Source: an uncultured delta proteobacterium (GTDB taxonomy: Bacteria > Myxococcota_A > Polyangia > Polyangiales > JAFGIB01). From it: DNA of 64,000 bases. The stretch lies in the NCBI GenBank assembly GCA_963778655.1, contig CAVZVA010000008.1:1-64000 (forward strand). Direction: 5' to 3'. Below are positions 1-16,030 of the stretch, piece after piece. Below the pieces are notes generated by a model. The model was not told where the DNA came from and ran no database searches. It saw nothing but the letters and a program-made list of their open reading frames with translations. The position numbers were made by a program, and so were the translations under genes. Within the stretch, counting starts at the first letter, position 1, and every line of letters begins with the position of its first letter.

Positions 1-99
1 ATACTCCGATGCGGGCGCGCCACGGCTGTGCGCACACGTCGCGATACCCCGGTCGACGCGCGGGTCGCTGCAAGACCGGTTCGAGGTTAGGATAGAGGT

Positions 100-3000
100 G
101 TGGTGGAGCGGGCAGTCTCGGCGGGTGGGGGAAGCGCCGAGCTTGGCGGGCAGATCGGCGGTCGCTACTGGGTCCAGGAGATTCTGGGCAGTGGTGGGAT
201 GGCTGCCGTGGCCCGGGTGCACGATGAGCGCACCGGTCGCGACCTCGCCCTCAAGCGCCTGAGCGGCATCGACGGCCGGCACGCGCAGGTCGCGCTCGCG
301 CTGTTCGAGCGCGAGTACCATACGCTGTGCCAGCTTGCTCACCCGCGCATCGTGCAGGTCTACGACTACGGCGTCGACGACGCTGGCGCGTTCTACACCA
401 TGGAGCTGCTCGACGGCGAGGACCTGCAGGCCAAGCGCGGCCGATTGCCGTGGCGGGCTGCGTGCGCCGTGCTTCGGGACGTGGCTTCCTCGCTCGCGAT
501 CCTGCATTCGCGCCGCTTGCTGCATCGCGACCCCTCTCCGCGCAACGTGCGTTGCACCGCGGACGGGCGAGCCAAGCTGATCGACTTCGGCGCGATGACG
601 CCGATGGGCATCCCCAAGCACGTGGCCGGCACCGCCCCGCTGGTTCCGCCCGAAGCGCTCTCCCGGCAGGTGCTCGACGCGCGCGCCGATCTGTACAGCC
701 TGGGCGCGCTGGCCTACTGGATGCTCACCGGCAACCACGCTTACCGCGCGCGCGTCGCCGGCGAGCTGCACGAGCGGTGGCGGACGCCGCCACCCGCGCC
801 TCGCGTGCCCGAGCTGCCGGCAGCCCTGAGCGACCTGGTGATGGGGTTGCTCCAGCTCGACCGCGACGCCCGGCCCGCCACCGCCGCCGAGGTGATCGAG
901 CGCCTGTGCGCGATCGCGGGCTTGCCGATGGAGGAGCAGCTCGCGGTCACGGAGGCCTATCTGGCGACCCCCAGCCTAATCGGGCGCGAGAACCTGGTGC
1001 GCGGGGTTCGCGCGCAGCTGCTCGGCGGCGGCGATGGGGGCAGCCTGACCTTGGTGATCGAAGGCGAGCCGGGATCGGGACGGTCGCGCCTGCTCGACGC
1101 GTGCGTTCTGCAGGCCAAGCTGGTGGGCGCCAGCGTCGCGCGCGTGAACGCCGACGAGGGTGGCGGCCGCGACTATGGCGTGATGATGGCGCTGGCCTCG
1201 GAGCTACAGGAAGCCATGCCTCGAGCCTGCGAGGAGGCCGCGGCGCCGCAGCGCGCGCTGCTCGCGCGTTTCCTACCGCGGCGTTCCACCCGCTCGAGCC
1301 ACATCGTGCCCAAGGCACCGGACGATTCGCCCGAGGCCGGCAGCCGACCGCCCGAGCGGCGGCAGCTGCAGATCGCCCTGCGCGACTGGCTGCTCGCGCT
1401 CGCTCGCGGCCGCCAGCTGCTGCTCGCGATCGACGATTTTGACCGCGCCGACGAGCCCTCGGCGGCCGTGCTCGCGGCTCTGGCCAGCGCGGCCCGCAAG
1501 CGCAGCGTGTCGCTCGTGCTCACCAGCGGCTGCAAAGGCCGCCCGTGGGCGCCGATGCGTCTGCTGCGCGAGCTCGCGACGCGCAAGGCGCTCGGCCCGC
1601 TTTCGGCGGAGCAGACCGAGGCACTGCTGCGCTCGGTGTTCGGAGAGGTGGACGGGCTGGTGGCCGTCGCGACCCGGATCCACGAGCTGGCCGCGGGCAA
1701 TCCGCGCGCCACCATGGACCTCGCACGCCACCTGGTCGAGCAAGGGCTGGCCCGCTACGAGGCAGGGCGCTGGACGCTGCCGGAAGCCCTGGATCGGGGC
1801 GCGCTGCCGGCGACGCTGGCGGCCGCGCAGCAGGCGCGCGTGGGAGCGTTGCCGAGCGACGCGCGCGGCCTGCTCGAAGCGCTGTCGCTGTGTCCGCTCA
1901 CGACCGTTCCGGTCAGCGACTACGTGCTGCTCACCGATCACGGCGACCGCGGGCGCGCCTACCGGGCGCTCGACGAGGCGGTGTCGCACGGCATTCTCGA
2001 GCCCGCCGGCGAGAGCTTTCGCTTCAGCCATCATGAGTGGGCCAAGCAGCTCCAGGCTGCGATGTTCCCGGAGCGCCTGCGCGTCTTGCACGCGCGCGTC
2101 GCGCAGCTGTTGCAGCGCTGGGGCGACCAGCGGTTGCTGCCGCACCACCTGTTCGAGGCCGGCCAGGCGGAACGCGCCATCGAGCTGCTGATGTTGCGGA
2201 TCGGAACGCCCTATGACCCGGAGGCGAGCATCACGCTGCCGCTGTTGGAGCGCGCCTGCCGGGAAGCCGAGCGGCTCGGGCTGGCCGTGCCCGTTCAGCA
2301 CCGGCTGCGAACTTGGCTGGTCGCCATCGCGGCCATTCACGGAGAGCTCGAGCTGTTCCAGCGCTACGCCTCGGCCATGGTCCCGCCGCTGCGCCATGAC
2401 AGCGGTCTCGACGATTGGCACGCGCTGAGCGACGTGCCCGAGAACGAGCGCATCGTCGCCGCGCTCAGGCAGGCCCATGTCCGCCACGAGGCCCTGCCGA
2501 GCGAGCTGCGCGGCTTCGCGCCGGGTGAGGCGATCACTCAGCTGAGCCGGCTGTCGATGGCGTTCGTCGGCATGCTCTCGGTGGCCCAGGACGTCGAGCT
2601 CACCGAAGAAGTACCCTCGCTGGCGCCGTTCGCTTCGCTCTCGCCGGCGCTCCAGGTGATGCACACGGTGACGGAGATGGCGGCGGCCTTGCGTGCGGGC
2701 CGGACCGAGGAGGGGCGGCGCATCGGCCTGCGTGCGCTCGAGCGGCTGGAGCAGCCGGACCACGCCAAGATCGATCCCGATCCCCATCTGGCGATGCGAC
2801 TGGGAGTGCGCTTCGTGCTCGGCCTGGTCGAGGCGGCTTGCGGGCTGCCGGCCGCCGCGACCCAGCGGGTGGCCCCGCTGGACAGCAGGCCGGGCTATCG
2901 CGTCAATGCCTGGCGGACCCGCGCGATCGCGCAGCTGATGGAAGGAGACGTGGCGGCGGCGCGCGCCTCGCGCCGGCGCGCCGAGGTGCTGCAGCTCGAA

Positions 3001-3711
3001 GACGGCAAGGCGCTGCCCTATCCGGGCACGACCGTGCAGTACGAGCTGATGGCGCACTGGTACGCGCAGGACATGATGGCGATCAAGGGAGCCAGCGAAC
3101 GGCTGGCCGCGCTCGCAAAGGACTACCCGGGCTGGCTGCCGCTGCTGCAGGCGAGCCGCTCGCACCACCTGCGGCTGCGTGGCGACGCCGACGCCGCGCT
3201 CGCGGCGCTCGAGCCGGCCCTGCGGGACGCGCGCCCCGGCGTGCATCGTCACTGGTCGTGGGTGGCGGGGGCGCACGTGCAGGCGCTCGACGCGCTGGGG
3301 CGGCGTGAGGAGGCGGCGGAGCGTGGTCTCTCCTATCTCGCGATCTGCGAGCGAGAACGACTCGAGCCCAACCACCGCAATGTAGCCTTGCCCCTGATCG
3401 AGGTGCTGCTCTCTTCGGGCAGGATCGAAGAAGCGGCCGGGCTTGCCGAGCGTTGCGTCCAGGAGATCGAAGCGGCCGGAGTCAGCGGCCTGGCTCGCGG
3501 CGCCGTGCTCGAGGCGTGCGCGCGGGTGGCGCTAGCGCACCACGACGCGGCCGCGTTCGAGCGCTGGGCTCAGGGCTGCGCGGAGGTCTACCAGCGCGGT
3601 CACAACCCCGCGTTGCGTGCGAAGTGCGAGCGGCTGCTGCGCGACGCGGAGGCGAGCGGCGTCGCCATCCGGGACGAGCTCAGGACCACCACCGACTGGT
3701 CGAAGGCGTAG
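100..3711 (+). CDS. Ser/Thr protein kinase with P-loop (STAND/AAA_16-like) domain and C-terminal helical/TPR-like region
   Basis: LGSGGMA glycine loop, ALKRL, HRDPSPRN, DFG; Walker A-like GEPGSGRS, Walker B-like LLAIDD, GNP motif; paralogous to 58634-62713. Confidence 0.9.
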   Translation: MVERAVSAGGGSAELGGQIGGRYWVQEILGSGGMAAVARVHDERTGRDLALKRLSGIDGRHAQVALALFEREYHTLCQLAHPRIVQVYDYGVDDAGAFYTMELLDGEDLQAKRGRLPWRAACAVLRDVASSLAILHSRRLLHRDPSPRNVRCTADGRAKLIDFGAMTPMGIPKHVAGTAPLVPPEALSRQVLDARADLYSLGALAYWMLTGNHAYRARVAGELHERWRTPPPAPRVPELPAALSDLVMGLLQLDRDARPATAAEVIERLCAIAGLPMEEQLAVTEAYLATPSLIGRENLVRGVRAQLLGGGDGGSLTLVIEGEPGSGRSRLLDACVLQAKLVGASVARVNADEGGGRDYGVMMALASELQEAMPRACEEAAAPQRALLARFLPRRSTRSSHIVPKAPDDSPEAGSRPPERRQLQIALRDWLLALARGRQLLLAIDDFDRADEPSAAVLAALASAARKRSVSLVLTSGCKGRPWAPMRLLRELATRKALGPLSAEQTEALLRSVFGEVDGLVAVATRIHELAAGNPRATMDLARHLVEQGLARYEAGRWTLPEALDRGALPATLAAAQQARVGALPSDARGLLEALSLCPLTTVPVSDYVLLTDHGDRGRAYRALDEAVSHGILEPAGESFRFSHHEWAKQLQAAMFPERLRVLHARVAQLLQRWGDQRLLPHHLFEAGQAERAIELLMLRIGTPYDPEASITLPLLERACREAERLGLAVPVQHRLRTWLVAIAAIHGELELFQRYASAMVPPLRHDSGLDDWHALSDVPENERIVAALRQAHVRHEALPSELRGFAPGEAITQLSRLSMAFVGMLSVAQDVELTEEVPSLAPFASLSPALQVMHTVTEMAAALRAGRTEEGRRIGLRALERLEQPDHAKIDPDPHLAMRLGVRFVLGLVEAACGLPAAATQRVAPLDSRPGYRVNAWRTRAIAQLMEGDVAAARASRRRAEVLQLEDGKALPYPGTTVQYELMAHWYAQDMMAIKGASERLAALAKDYPGWLPLLQASRSHHLRLRGDADAALAALEPALRDARPGVHRHWSWVAGAHVQALDALGRREEAAERGLSYLAICERERLEPNHRNVALPLIEVLLSSGRIEEAAGLAERCVQEIEAAGVSGLARGAVLEACARVALAHHDAAAFERWAQGCAEVYQRGHNPALRAKCERLLRDAEASGVAIRDELRTTTDWSKA

Positions 3712-3799
3712 CCGCCGGCTCTCATTGCACTCGATCAATTGGCCTCGCCAGGGCTGAGGCGTAACGCCCCGTCCGGAGAGCAGGCGTACGCTTAGGCAG

Positions 3800-4658
3800 C
3801 CTCCGTGAGTGCGGCGCCGAGATCGAGCAGGCTCGGTCGGGGCGGCGTGTGGATTGCCAGGGCTACGAGGGGCGGGTGGCCAAGGCGGTGTCGGCGGTCG
3901 AGCGTGCGGCGCACGAGGCGACGCTGGCAGCGCTGGACATCGACGCCGAGCAGGTGCTGATCAACGACCGGCTGCATCGGCGCGTGGGCCGCAACAGCGC
4001 ACGGTACCGGACGCAGGCCGGCGAGGTCGATGTGACGCGGTCTCTGTATCGGGCGGCTGACGAGCGCAACGGCAAGGCAGTGGACCTGGTGTCGCTGCGG
4101 GCCGAAGTGATCGATGAGGGGTGGTTGCCCGGTACGGCGCGGGCGATGGCGCATCTGCTGCAGCAGGGCACATCGCGCGAGGCCGAGCTGACTACTGGGC
4201 GCTTGGGACGGCTGCCGTACAGCCGCTGCAGCTTCGAGCGCGTGGGGCATGAGGTCGCAACGCGGATGGTCGAACTTGGCTCTGCACTGCAAGAGCAAGT
4301 AGTGGCCAAGGTCGAACTACCTAGCAGGCGGCGACGCTGAGCGTATCGGTAGACCGGGTGAGCCTGCCGATGGAGGAGCCGCGACCCAAGCCCAAGGGTC
4401 GGCCGCGCAAGGATGCGCCCAAGAGGCCGGTGCAGCGCGGTATGCCGATCGGCAGCGGCAAGAGGCGACCTGCAAGAGCCTGGTGGGGCTGCGCATGAAG
4501 CGTCCCGGCGCGCGCTGGAAGCACGCGACAGGCGAGCACATACTCAAGCTGCGCGCGTTCTCCCTGAGCGACTGCTGGAACGCTGCGATGGACATCACGC
4601 TCCACACACCGCCCGTCTACGCAAAGGCCGCCGCGTGATCGGCAACGGAGCCACACCC
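3800..4658 (+). mobile_element. Degenerate, internally deleted ISKra4-like insertion sequence (transposase pseudogene)
   Basis: N-terminal transposase-like ORF (RYRTQAGEVDVTRSLYR...LPYSRCSFERVG); after a frameshift [16 protein letters not shown]...PVQR joins directly to the C-terminal GMPIGSG, then [19 protein letters not shown]...* after a second frameshift; ends in GGAGCCACACCC. Left boundary uncertain. Confidence 0.75.
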
Positions 4659-4744
4659 CCGAGCCGGGAAGCTACCCCTACATCTGCACGTTCCCGGGTC
4701 ACTACATGATGATGCAGGGCGTGCTTGAGGTCACCGCTCCGTGA
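4658..4744 (+). pseudogene. 3' remnant of an azurin/auracyanin-like blue copper (cupredoxin) gene
   Basis: Translates to [28 protein letters not shown], containing the Cys/His/Met type-1 copper ligand loop; begins exactly at the IS end. Confidence 0.8.
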
Positions 4745-7447
4745 TCAGTTGGCGAGGTTCACGATCTTGGTGACGGTTTCCCCGGCCTTGATCTGCACCG
4801 TCAGCACCTTGTGCAGCCCGAAGTCCGGGTTCGTGAGCGCTATAGTGTGGCGGCCCGCGGAGACCACGATGTCCATCTGAGGGGTGTTGCCGACCATGCG
4901 GCCGTCCAGCAGCACCTGACTCCAGGGCCGGCTGTTGACGCGCAGCGTGCCGGTGCCGCCGCGGCTCGACACCGCCGCTTCGGTCTCGTGGTGCGTGCTC
5001 GCGCGGCGCGTGCGCGATACGCGGCGCGCATGGGTCGCCCGGGTGCTGCGCGGCGCGCGTGCGGGCTGGGGCGGCGCCGGCGTGATCGCGGCAGGCTGCG
5101 TGGCTGCAGGCGGCGCGGCAGGCGCGGCCGCGACGGGTGGGGCAGGCGCGGCCACGGGGACCGCGGCTGCGGCGCTCACGCGGTTGACCCGCGGTTTGGG
5201 CTCCGGCATCAGCTGCACGTGCGGCAGATCGACGGTCTGGCCGGCCTGCAGGGTGAGCGAGGTGCGCCAGCTTCGGTAGCCGATCCGTTTGACCTCGACC
5301 TGGTGGCTGACGTCCGGCGTGATCTCGGTGAGCACGAATGGGCTTCCGCTGCTGCCCACGCTCACACCGTCGAGCGTCACCACGGCATCAGCTGGATCAG
5401 TGGTCAGGCGCAAGCCAGCTCGCGCAGGCTCGCGCGTCGCGCGCCAGACCAGCGCCCCCAGCAGCAGCAGCGCGCATGAGACGACCACGGCCCGCGCCGG
5501 GAAGCGACGGCCGGCCGCTGGAGCGGGCGCGGTGCGCGGCGCAAGCTGCGAAGTGGCGAGCGCGCCGGGCGGGACCGCCGACGGGCTGGGCGGGTACGGC
5601 GCCGGTGTCGGGGCGCTCGCGTTCGTGAAGGGCGAGGGTGCGCCGGGCGGCGCGCCGCTGTTGCGCGCGGGCAGTTGCTGCGTCCCCGGGATGAACACCT
5701 GCACGCTCGGCAAGCGCGCCGGGGCGGGCAGCGCGTATGGCACGGCCGCGGGCGCGGGGGCGCCGTGCTCGGGCGAGTCGTAGACGTGGGTCGACTGGTC
5801 GTCGTCGTCCCAGTCCATGCCCATGCCGACTCCGGGCAGCGTGGTCCCGTACGCGGCTGGCAGGCTGATGCGCGTCTGCGTCGGCTCGCTCGCCTCGGTC
5901 TCGGCCTCGGCCTCGTCGCGCTCGGGCTCGTCGTGCTCGGGCTGCTCGGGCAGGGCCGCCGCTCGCCCGCCGTGCGCCTTGGGCGATGGCCGCCCGCGCA
6001 CGGTCGCGCCCTCGACCAGCGCGCCTTGCAGCGTCGATTCGTATTCGACCACGCGCGTCTCTTGCTCGGCGCTCGCCGGGCTCGCCTGCGTCAGCTCGAG
6101 GGTGGCGAAGCTGCTCTCCGCGTCGTCGCCCGCGCTCGGCGCCTGCCGCGCCACGTCGGCGGCGACCATCTGCTCGCCCGCGTCCTCGTAGGTCTCGTCG
6201 TCGTCATCTTCGGCCTCGGCCTCCTCGTCTGGTCCGACCTCTTGCAGCAGCTCTGCCGCCAGCTCGGGCGCGGCCGCCTCCGCGCGCGGCAGCGCATGCA
6301 CGGTAGACGGCGGCTCGAGGTCCGCCAGCGCGCTCACGGCGCTCGGCGCCTGCACGTCGTCGAACGCGTCGAGCAGGCCTGTTCCCGTGTCGCGGCCGGC
6401 GTCGGGCGCGGCCTCGGGCACCTTGCCGGCGAGCACCTCCGCGAAGACCTCGCGCATGTGCGCGCCCACGGCCGCACGATCGCACGACTCCAGGCTGGTC
6501 TCGGCGAAGCGCTGCAGCGCGGCGGCCAGCTCGGCCGCGGACGGGAAGCGATGGGCGGGGTCGCGCGCCAGCGCGCGGTGCACGATCGCGGCCAGCTCGC
6601 TCGGTAGCTCCGGGCGGCGCGCGCGCAGGTCCGGCACCTGGGCGTTGCGCACCCTGACGATGGTGGAGAAGTCGCTGCTGCCCAAGAACAGCCGCTCGCC
6701 GCTGAGCATCTCGTACAGGCAGATGCCGACGCTGAATAGATCGCTGCGGCGATCGACGGCTTCTCCGCGCGCTTGCTCGGGCGACAGGTAGCCGTGCTTG
6801 CCCTTGAGCAAGCCGGCCTGCGTGCGCATCAGCTGCTGGCTCGACTTCGCGATGCCGAAGTCGATCAACTTGACGTCGCCGTCGTACGAGATGAGCACGT
6901 TTTGCGGCGAGATGTCGCGGTGCACGATGCCCAGCGGTGCTCCGTGCTCGTCGCGCAGCTCGTGTGCGTAGTGCAGCGCCCCGCACAGATCGAGCGCGAT
7001 GCGTACGGCGACCTGCAAAGGGAGTGGCTCGCCGCGCTCGCGTGCGGCGGCCAGCAGCGCGCCCAGATCCTGGCCGTGGACGTGCTCGAGCGCGATGTAG
7101 AGCTGGTCCTCGACCTGGCCGATCTCGAAGGCCTCGACGATTCCCGGGTGCTTGAGGCGCAGGCCGAGCCTGGCCTCGTCCATGAACATCGCCACGTAGT
7201 CGGCTTCGTCGGTGAAGCTCGGCAGGATGCGCTTGATCGCGACCAGCCGCGAGGAGTCCTCCAGCTCCCGGCCCCGAAACAACTCCGCCATGCCACCCCG
7301 GCGGATCCGGCCGAGCAACTCGTACTTGCCGAAGAGCACCGGGCCGCGGGTGCGGATTTGCGACGCGACCGCGCTCGGCCCAGTCCTATCCCCTCGTTCG
7401 GGTGGGGTGCGCGACTTGGGGTCGCCCATATCCATCAGATCCGTCAT
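4745..7447 (-). CDS. Membrane Ser/Thr protein kinase with PEGA domains
   Basis: HRDISPQN, DFG, GKHGYLSPEQ; acidic/Pro-rich linker, transmembrane helix, PEGA-like C-terminal repeats; start uncertain. Confidence 0.9.
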   Translation of the reverse strand: MTDLMDMGDPKSRTPPERGDRTGPSAVASQIRTRGPVLFGKYELLGRIRRGGMAELFRGRELEDSSRLVAIKRILPSFTDEADYVAMFMDEARLGLRLKHPGIVEAFEIGQVEDQLYIALEHVHGQDLGALLAAARERGEPLPLQVAVRIALDLCGALHYAHELRDEHGAPLGIVHRDISPQNVLISYDGDVKLIDFGIAKSSQQLMRTQAGLLKGKHGYLSPEQARGEAVDRRSDLFSVGICLYEMLSGERLFLGSSDFSTIVRVRNAQVPDLRARRPELPSELAAIVHRALARDPAHRFPSAAELAAALQRFAETSLESCDRAAVGAHMREVFAEVLAGKVPEAAPDAGRDTGTGLLDAFDDVQAPSAVSALADLEPPSTVHALPRAEAAAPELAAELLQEVGPDEEAEAEDDDDETYEDAGEQMVAADVARQAPSAGDDAESSFATLELTQASPASAEQETRVVEYESTLQGALVEGATVRGRPSPKAHGGRAAALPEQPEHDEPERDEAEAETEASEPTQTRISLPAAYGTTLPGVGMGMDWDDDDQSTHVYDSPEHGAPAPAAVPYALPAPARLPSVQVFIPGTQQLPARNSGAPPGAPSPFTNASAPTPAPYPPSPSAVPPGALATSQLAPRTAPAPAAGRRFPARAVVVSCALLLLGALVWRATREPARAGLRLTTDPADAVVTLDGVSVGSSGSPFVLTEITPDVSHQVEVKRIGYRSWRTSLTLQAGQTVDLPHVQLMPEPKPRVNRVSAAAAVPVAAPAPPVAAAPAAPPAATQPAAITPAPPQPARAPRSTRATHARRVSRTRRASTHHETEAAVSSRGGTGTLRVNSRPWSQVLLDGRMVGNTPQMDIVVSAGRHTIALTNPDFGLHKVLTVQIKAGETVTKIVNLAN

Positions 7448-7569
7448 CTGACTTGCGCAGTCAACACGTTTCCCGCCCGGGACGTGAAAGTCCGCTGGGA
7501 TTGGTGAAAAAAGCACAAAGGACTACGGGATCCAAGGTAAGTGTTCGGAGGGTGATGTCGCGTGAAACC

Positions 7570-8292
7570 TTACTGCAGCGGAAGCCATTCGCCTATGGCA
7601 CAGCGGCAGCTCGGGCTGCCGGCCGCCACGGCCAGCAAGTAGCCGGGCGCCGGCTCGTCGAGCGCGAAGAACCAGCGCTCGGCGTTGTCCTGAATCGGGG
7701 CTGCCAGCTGCAGGCGCGGCGGCGCCGCGGGCGCGAGCTCGAGCGTGATCGCGCGCAGCGGCAGCGCGAGCCCCTTGCCGACCGCCTTGATGTAGGCCTC
7801 CTTCAACGTCCACAGCTCGAAGAAACGCCGGCGGCGCCCCTCCGGCGGCAGCGCCATCAGGGCCGCGCGCTCCGGCTCCGAGAACACGCTGCGGGCCACC
7901 TGCTCGAGCTCCACGCGGCGCTCGAAGTGCTCGACGTCCACGCCCACGTCGTGCTCCAGCGCAAGCGCGCAGGCCACCAGCCCGCGCGTGTGCGAGAGGT
8001 TGAAGCGCAGCGCCGGGCTCGAGCGCGGCCAGTCGAGCTCGGGCCGGCCGTGCGGTCCGGCCTTGAAGCGCAGCGCGCGCGGCTCGACTTCGAGCTGCCC
8101 CGCGAGCAGGGTGCGGGTCAGCGCGTGCGCCAGCAGGTAGGCGTCCCGGTCCTGCTCGAAACGGAAGCGCAGGTGACGCGCGCGCTCGTCGTCGGAGAGC
8201 ACGCGCAGGCAGGCGCGGCGCGCCGCGTCGCTCAGCGCCGCGCTGCTGGCATGGAGGACGCGGATCTCGCTCGGCTCGAGCCTGCCGCCCAT
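7570..8292 (-). CDS. Sfp-type 4'-phosphopantetheinyl transferase
   Basis: FNLSH, VGVDVE and WTLKEAYIKA motifs. Confidence 0.92.
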   Translation of the reverse strand: MGGRLEPSEIRVLHASSAALSDAARRACLRVLSDDERARHLRFRFEQDRDAYLLAHALTRTLLAGQLEVEPRALRFKAGPHGRPELDWPRSSPALRFNLSHTRGLVACALALEHDVGVDVEHFERRVELEQVARSVFSEPERAALMALPPEGRRRRFFELWTLKEAYIKAVGKGLALPLRAITLELAPAAPPRLQLAAPIQDNAERWFFALDEPAPGYLLAVAAGSPSCRCAIGEWLPLQ

Positions 8293-8336
8293 GCTCCCAG
8301 CATAGCGCCTCGCGCGGCCGCCGGCGGCGGCTCGGC

Positions 8337-9092
8337 TCAAGCGAAGCGCACGCGGCGCAGGAAGTCGCGGGTACGCTCGTCCCTGGGGTGCTCGAACAGC
8401 TCGGCCGGCGTGCCCTGCTCGACGATCCGGCCCTGGTCCAGGAACAGCACGCGCTGGGCCACCTCGCGCGCGAACGCCATCTCGTGGGTAACCACCAGCA
8501 TGGTCATGCCCTCCGCCGCCAGCTCTCGCATCACTGCCAGCACCTCACCGACGGTCTCCGGATCGAGCGCCGAGGTCGGCTCGTCGAAGAGCATCACCTC
8601 CGGCTCCATCGCCAGGGCACGTGCGATCGCCACCCGCTGCTTCTGGCCGCCCGAGAGCGTGGCCGGGTACGCGCTCTCTTTGTCCGCGAGCTGAACCTTG
8701 GCCAGCAGCACGCGCGCCTTTTCGCAGGCCCGGGCCGGCGGCCACGCCAGCACGTGCACCGGGCCCTCGATCACGTTCTGCAGCACGGTCATGTGCGGAA
8801 ACAGGTTGAAGTGCTGGAACACCATGCCCATGCGCCGCCGTACCCGCGGCAAATTGGCGCTGCGCGTGTCGATCGGCTGACCCTTCAGGCTGACCGTGCC
8901 GCGGTCCGCCAGCTCCAGCGCGTTGAGGCAGCGCAGCAGCGTGCTCTTGCCCGAGCCGCTTGGCCCGATCAGGCACACCACCTCGCCGCGCCGTACCTCG
9001 AGCTCGACCCCGCGCAGCACCTGCAGCTTGCCGAAGGACTTCTCCAGCCCCGAGACGGCGACCACCACTGGGTCTTGCGCCGGATTAGCCAC
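8337..9092 (-). CDS. Polar amino-acid ABC transporter ATP-binding protein (GlnQ-like)
   Basis: [39 protein letters not shown]. Confidence 0.95.
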   Translation of the reverse strand: MANPAQDPVVVAVSGLEKSFGKLQVLRGVELEVRRGEVVCLIGPSGSGKSTLLRCLNALELADRGTVSLKGQPIDTRSANLPRVRRRMGMVFQHFNLFPHMTVLQNVIEGPVHVLAWPPARACEKARVLLAKVQLADKESAYPATLSGGQKQRVAIARALAMEPEVMLFDEPTSALDPETVGEVLAVMRELAAEGMTMLVVTHEMAFAREVAQRVLFLDQGRIVEQGTPAELFEHPRDERTRDFLRRVRFA

Positions 9093-10569
9093 GCGTACCC
9101 TCCCCCAGACGCCGCTCGAGGTAGGCCACCAGCAGGCTCAGCAGCAGCACCAGCGCGAGGTAGTAGCACGCGACCACCAGCAGGTACGTCATCTGATCGA
9201 AGTGGTTCGAGCCCTGGGTGGTGGCCACGTTGAACAGCTCGTTCATCGAGATGAAGGCCGCCAGCGACGAGTCCTTCAGCCCGATGATCAGCTGGTTGCC
9301 GAGCGGCGGCAGCGCGCGCACGGCCGCCTGCGGCAACACCACGCGCCGGTAGGCCAGCGCGGTGGTCATGCCCAGCGAAAGCCCGGCCTCGAGCTGACCG
9401 CGCTCGATCGACTGAATCGCGCCGCGAAAGACCTCGGCGATGTAGGCCCCGTTGTGGAAGGCCAGCGCGAGCACAGCGGCCCAGAACGCCGGGATGCGCA
9501 CGATGTCGGTGAGCCCGAAGTAGAGCACGAAGATCTGCAGCACCAGCGGCGTGCCTCGCACCAGGTAGATGTAGCTCTCGGCCAGCCAGACCAGCGGAGG
9601 CAGGCTCGAGAGCTTGAGTAGCGCGAACAACAGCCCGATCAGGCAGCCGATCGCGACCGACACCGTGGTCAGCTCCACGGTCAGCCAGGCGCCCTGCAGA
9701 AACACGTCGCGGCTCGCGAGCAAGACGTGGACGAAGTGCATCAGCGGCCCTTCGGCACGCCTCGCAGGCGTCTCGCTCGCGACCCGTTCGGGCAGGGGCT
9801 GACCGGGGGGCGCAGTGGTGATGTCCTCACCGAAGTAGCGCCGGCTCAGGCGCCCGAGCTCGCCCGAGGCGCGCAGCGCAGAAAGCGCGCGATCGATGCG
9901 CGCGAGCAGGACCGGGTTGTCTTTGGCGACCGCAATCGCCTGCGCGCTGCGGCCGAGCGGGGTCCGCGCCACGATCGCCACGCCCTGCTGGATCGCAGTG
10001 CGGCCGGTCACGAAATCGGTGATCACCGCGTCATGGCGGCCGGCGGCCAGCGCCTCGAGCGCGGTGACGTCGGTCTCGTAGATGCGAATGCGGTCGGTGT
10101 ACTGGGCTGCCATGCGCGCGTAGGTGGAGCCCTTGGAGACCGCGATCTCGACACCCTTCAGGTCGGCCTGGTCGTGGATCGGGCTGTCGGCGCGGGTGAA
10201 GACCTGGGGCCCCGAGTAGTAGTACGGGGTGGAGAACGACACCTGACGCTGCCGTTCGGCGGTCACCGTGTGGCTGGCGACCGCACAGTCGAAGCGTCCC
10301 GCCTTCACACCCTCGATGATGGCGGCGAAGTTGTATTTGAGCGCGACCGGCTCCAGCCCGAGCTGATGCGCGACCGCGGTGCCCACGTCCACGTCGAAGC
10401 CGACCATCTTCTGCTGGTCGTCGACGTAGCTGAACGGACGGAAGTCGCCCGAGGCCACGAATGTGAGCTTGCCGGGCTCGACCAGGCGAGCCTGCCGCTC
10501 GCCGCCGCCGCCGTCGCAGCCCGCCGCGAGCGACAGCAGCACGAGCCAGGCGGTGGTGCGGACGCGCAT
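9085..10569 (-). CDS. Fused amino-acid ABC substrate-binding lipoprotein and permease
   Basis: Lipobox LAAGC, family-3 SBP domain, then a HisM/GlnP-type permease (RGTP, AYIAE..RGAIQS, KDSSL); overlaps the ATPase start. Confidence 0.92.
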   Translation of the reverse strand: MRVRTTAWLVLLSLAAGCDGGGGERQARLVEPGKLTFVASGDFRPFSYVDDQQKMVGFDVDVGTAVAHQLGLEPVALKYNFAAIIEGVKAGRFDCAVASHTVTAERQRQVSFSTPYYYSGPQVFTRADSPIHDQADLKGVEIAVSKGSTYARMAAQYTDRIRIYETDVTALEALAAGRHDAVITDFVTGRTAIQQGVAIVARTPLGRSAQAIAVAKDNPVLLARIDRALSALRASGELGRLSRRYFGEDITTAPPGQPLPERVASETPARRAEGPLMHFVHVLLASRDVFLQGAWLTVELTTVSVAIGCLIGLLFALLKLSSLPPLVWLAESYIYLVRGTPLVLQIFVLYFGLTDIVRIPAFWAAVLALAFHNGAYIAEVFRGAIQSIERGQLEAGLSLGMTTALAYRRVVLPQAAVRALPPLGNQLIIGLKDSSLAAFISMNELFNVATTQGSNHFDQMTYLLVVACYYLALVLLLSLLVAYLERRLGEGTRG

Positions 10570-10683
10570 TCGGTCGAAAGGGGTACGCGGTGGTGGTTCG
10601 CAAGCCGAGCTGCACACCCGAGTCAAGTCTCGCGGAGCGAAGCGACCCCACGGGACGGCGGGGCGCCTGCCCCTCCAGGCAAC

Positions 10684-12612
<1,929 letters not shown>

Positions 12613-12624
12613 GGGAGGCTCGCT

Positions 12625-15975
<3,351 letters not shown>

Positions 15976-16030
15976 GGCTGTGTGGTGGCGGCCGGCGCCG
16001 CGTTGGGAACGGCCGCCGCTGCGGCCCGGC

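Noticed and set aside
1273..3375. Long antisense or alternate-frame ORFs (this one and many others, e.g. 9727-11556, 16169-17890, 58532-60256)
   Set aside because: Shadow ORFs expected at high GC; Arg/Ala-rich, without motifs, and overlapping well-supported genes.
3755..3780. GAGGCGTAACGCCCCGT as the left IS inverted repeat
   Set aside because: Too weak a match to the right end (GGGTGTGGCTCCGT) and no target duplication visible.
7570..8292. PPTase as a marker of a PKS/NRPS cluster
   Set aside because: No carrier-protein, ketosynthase or condensation domains in the window.
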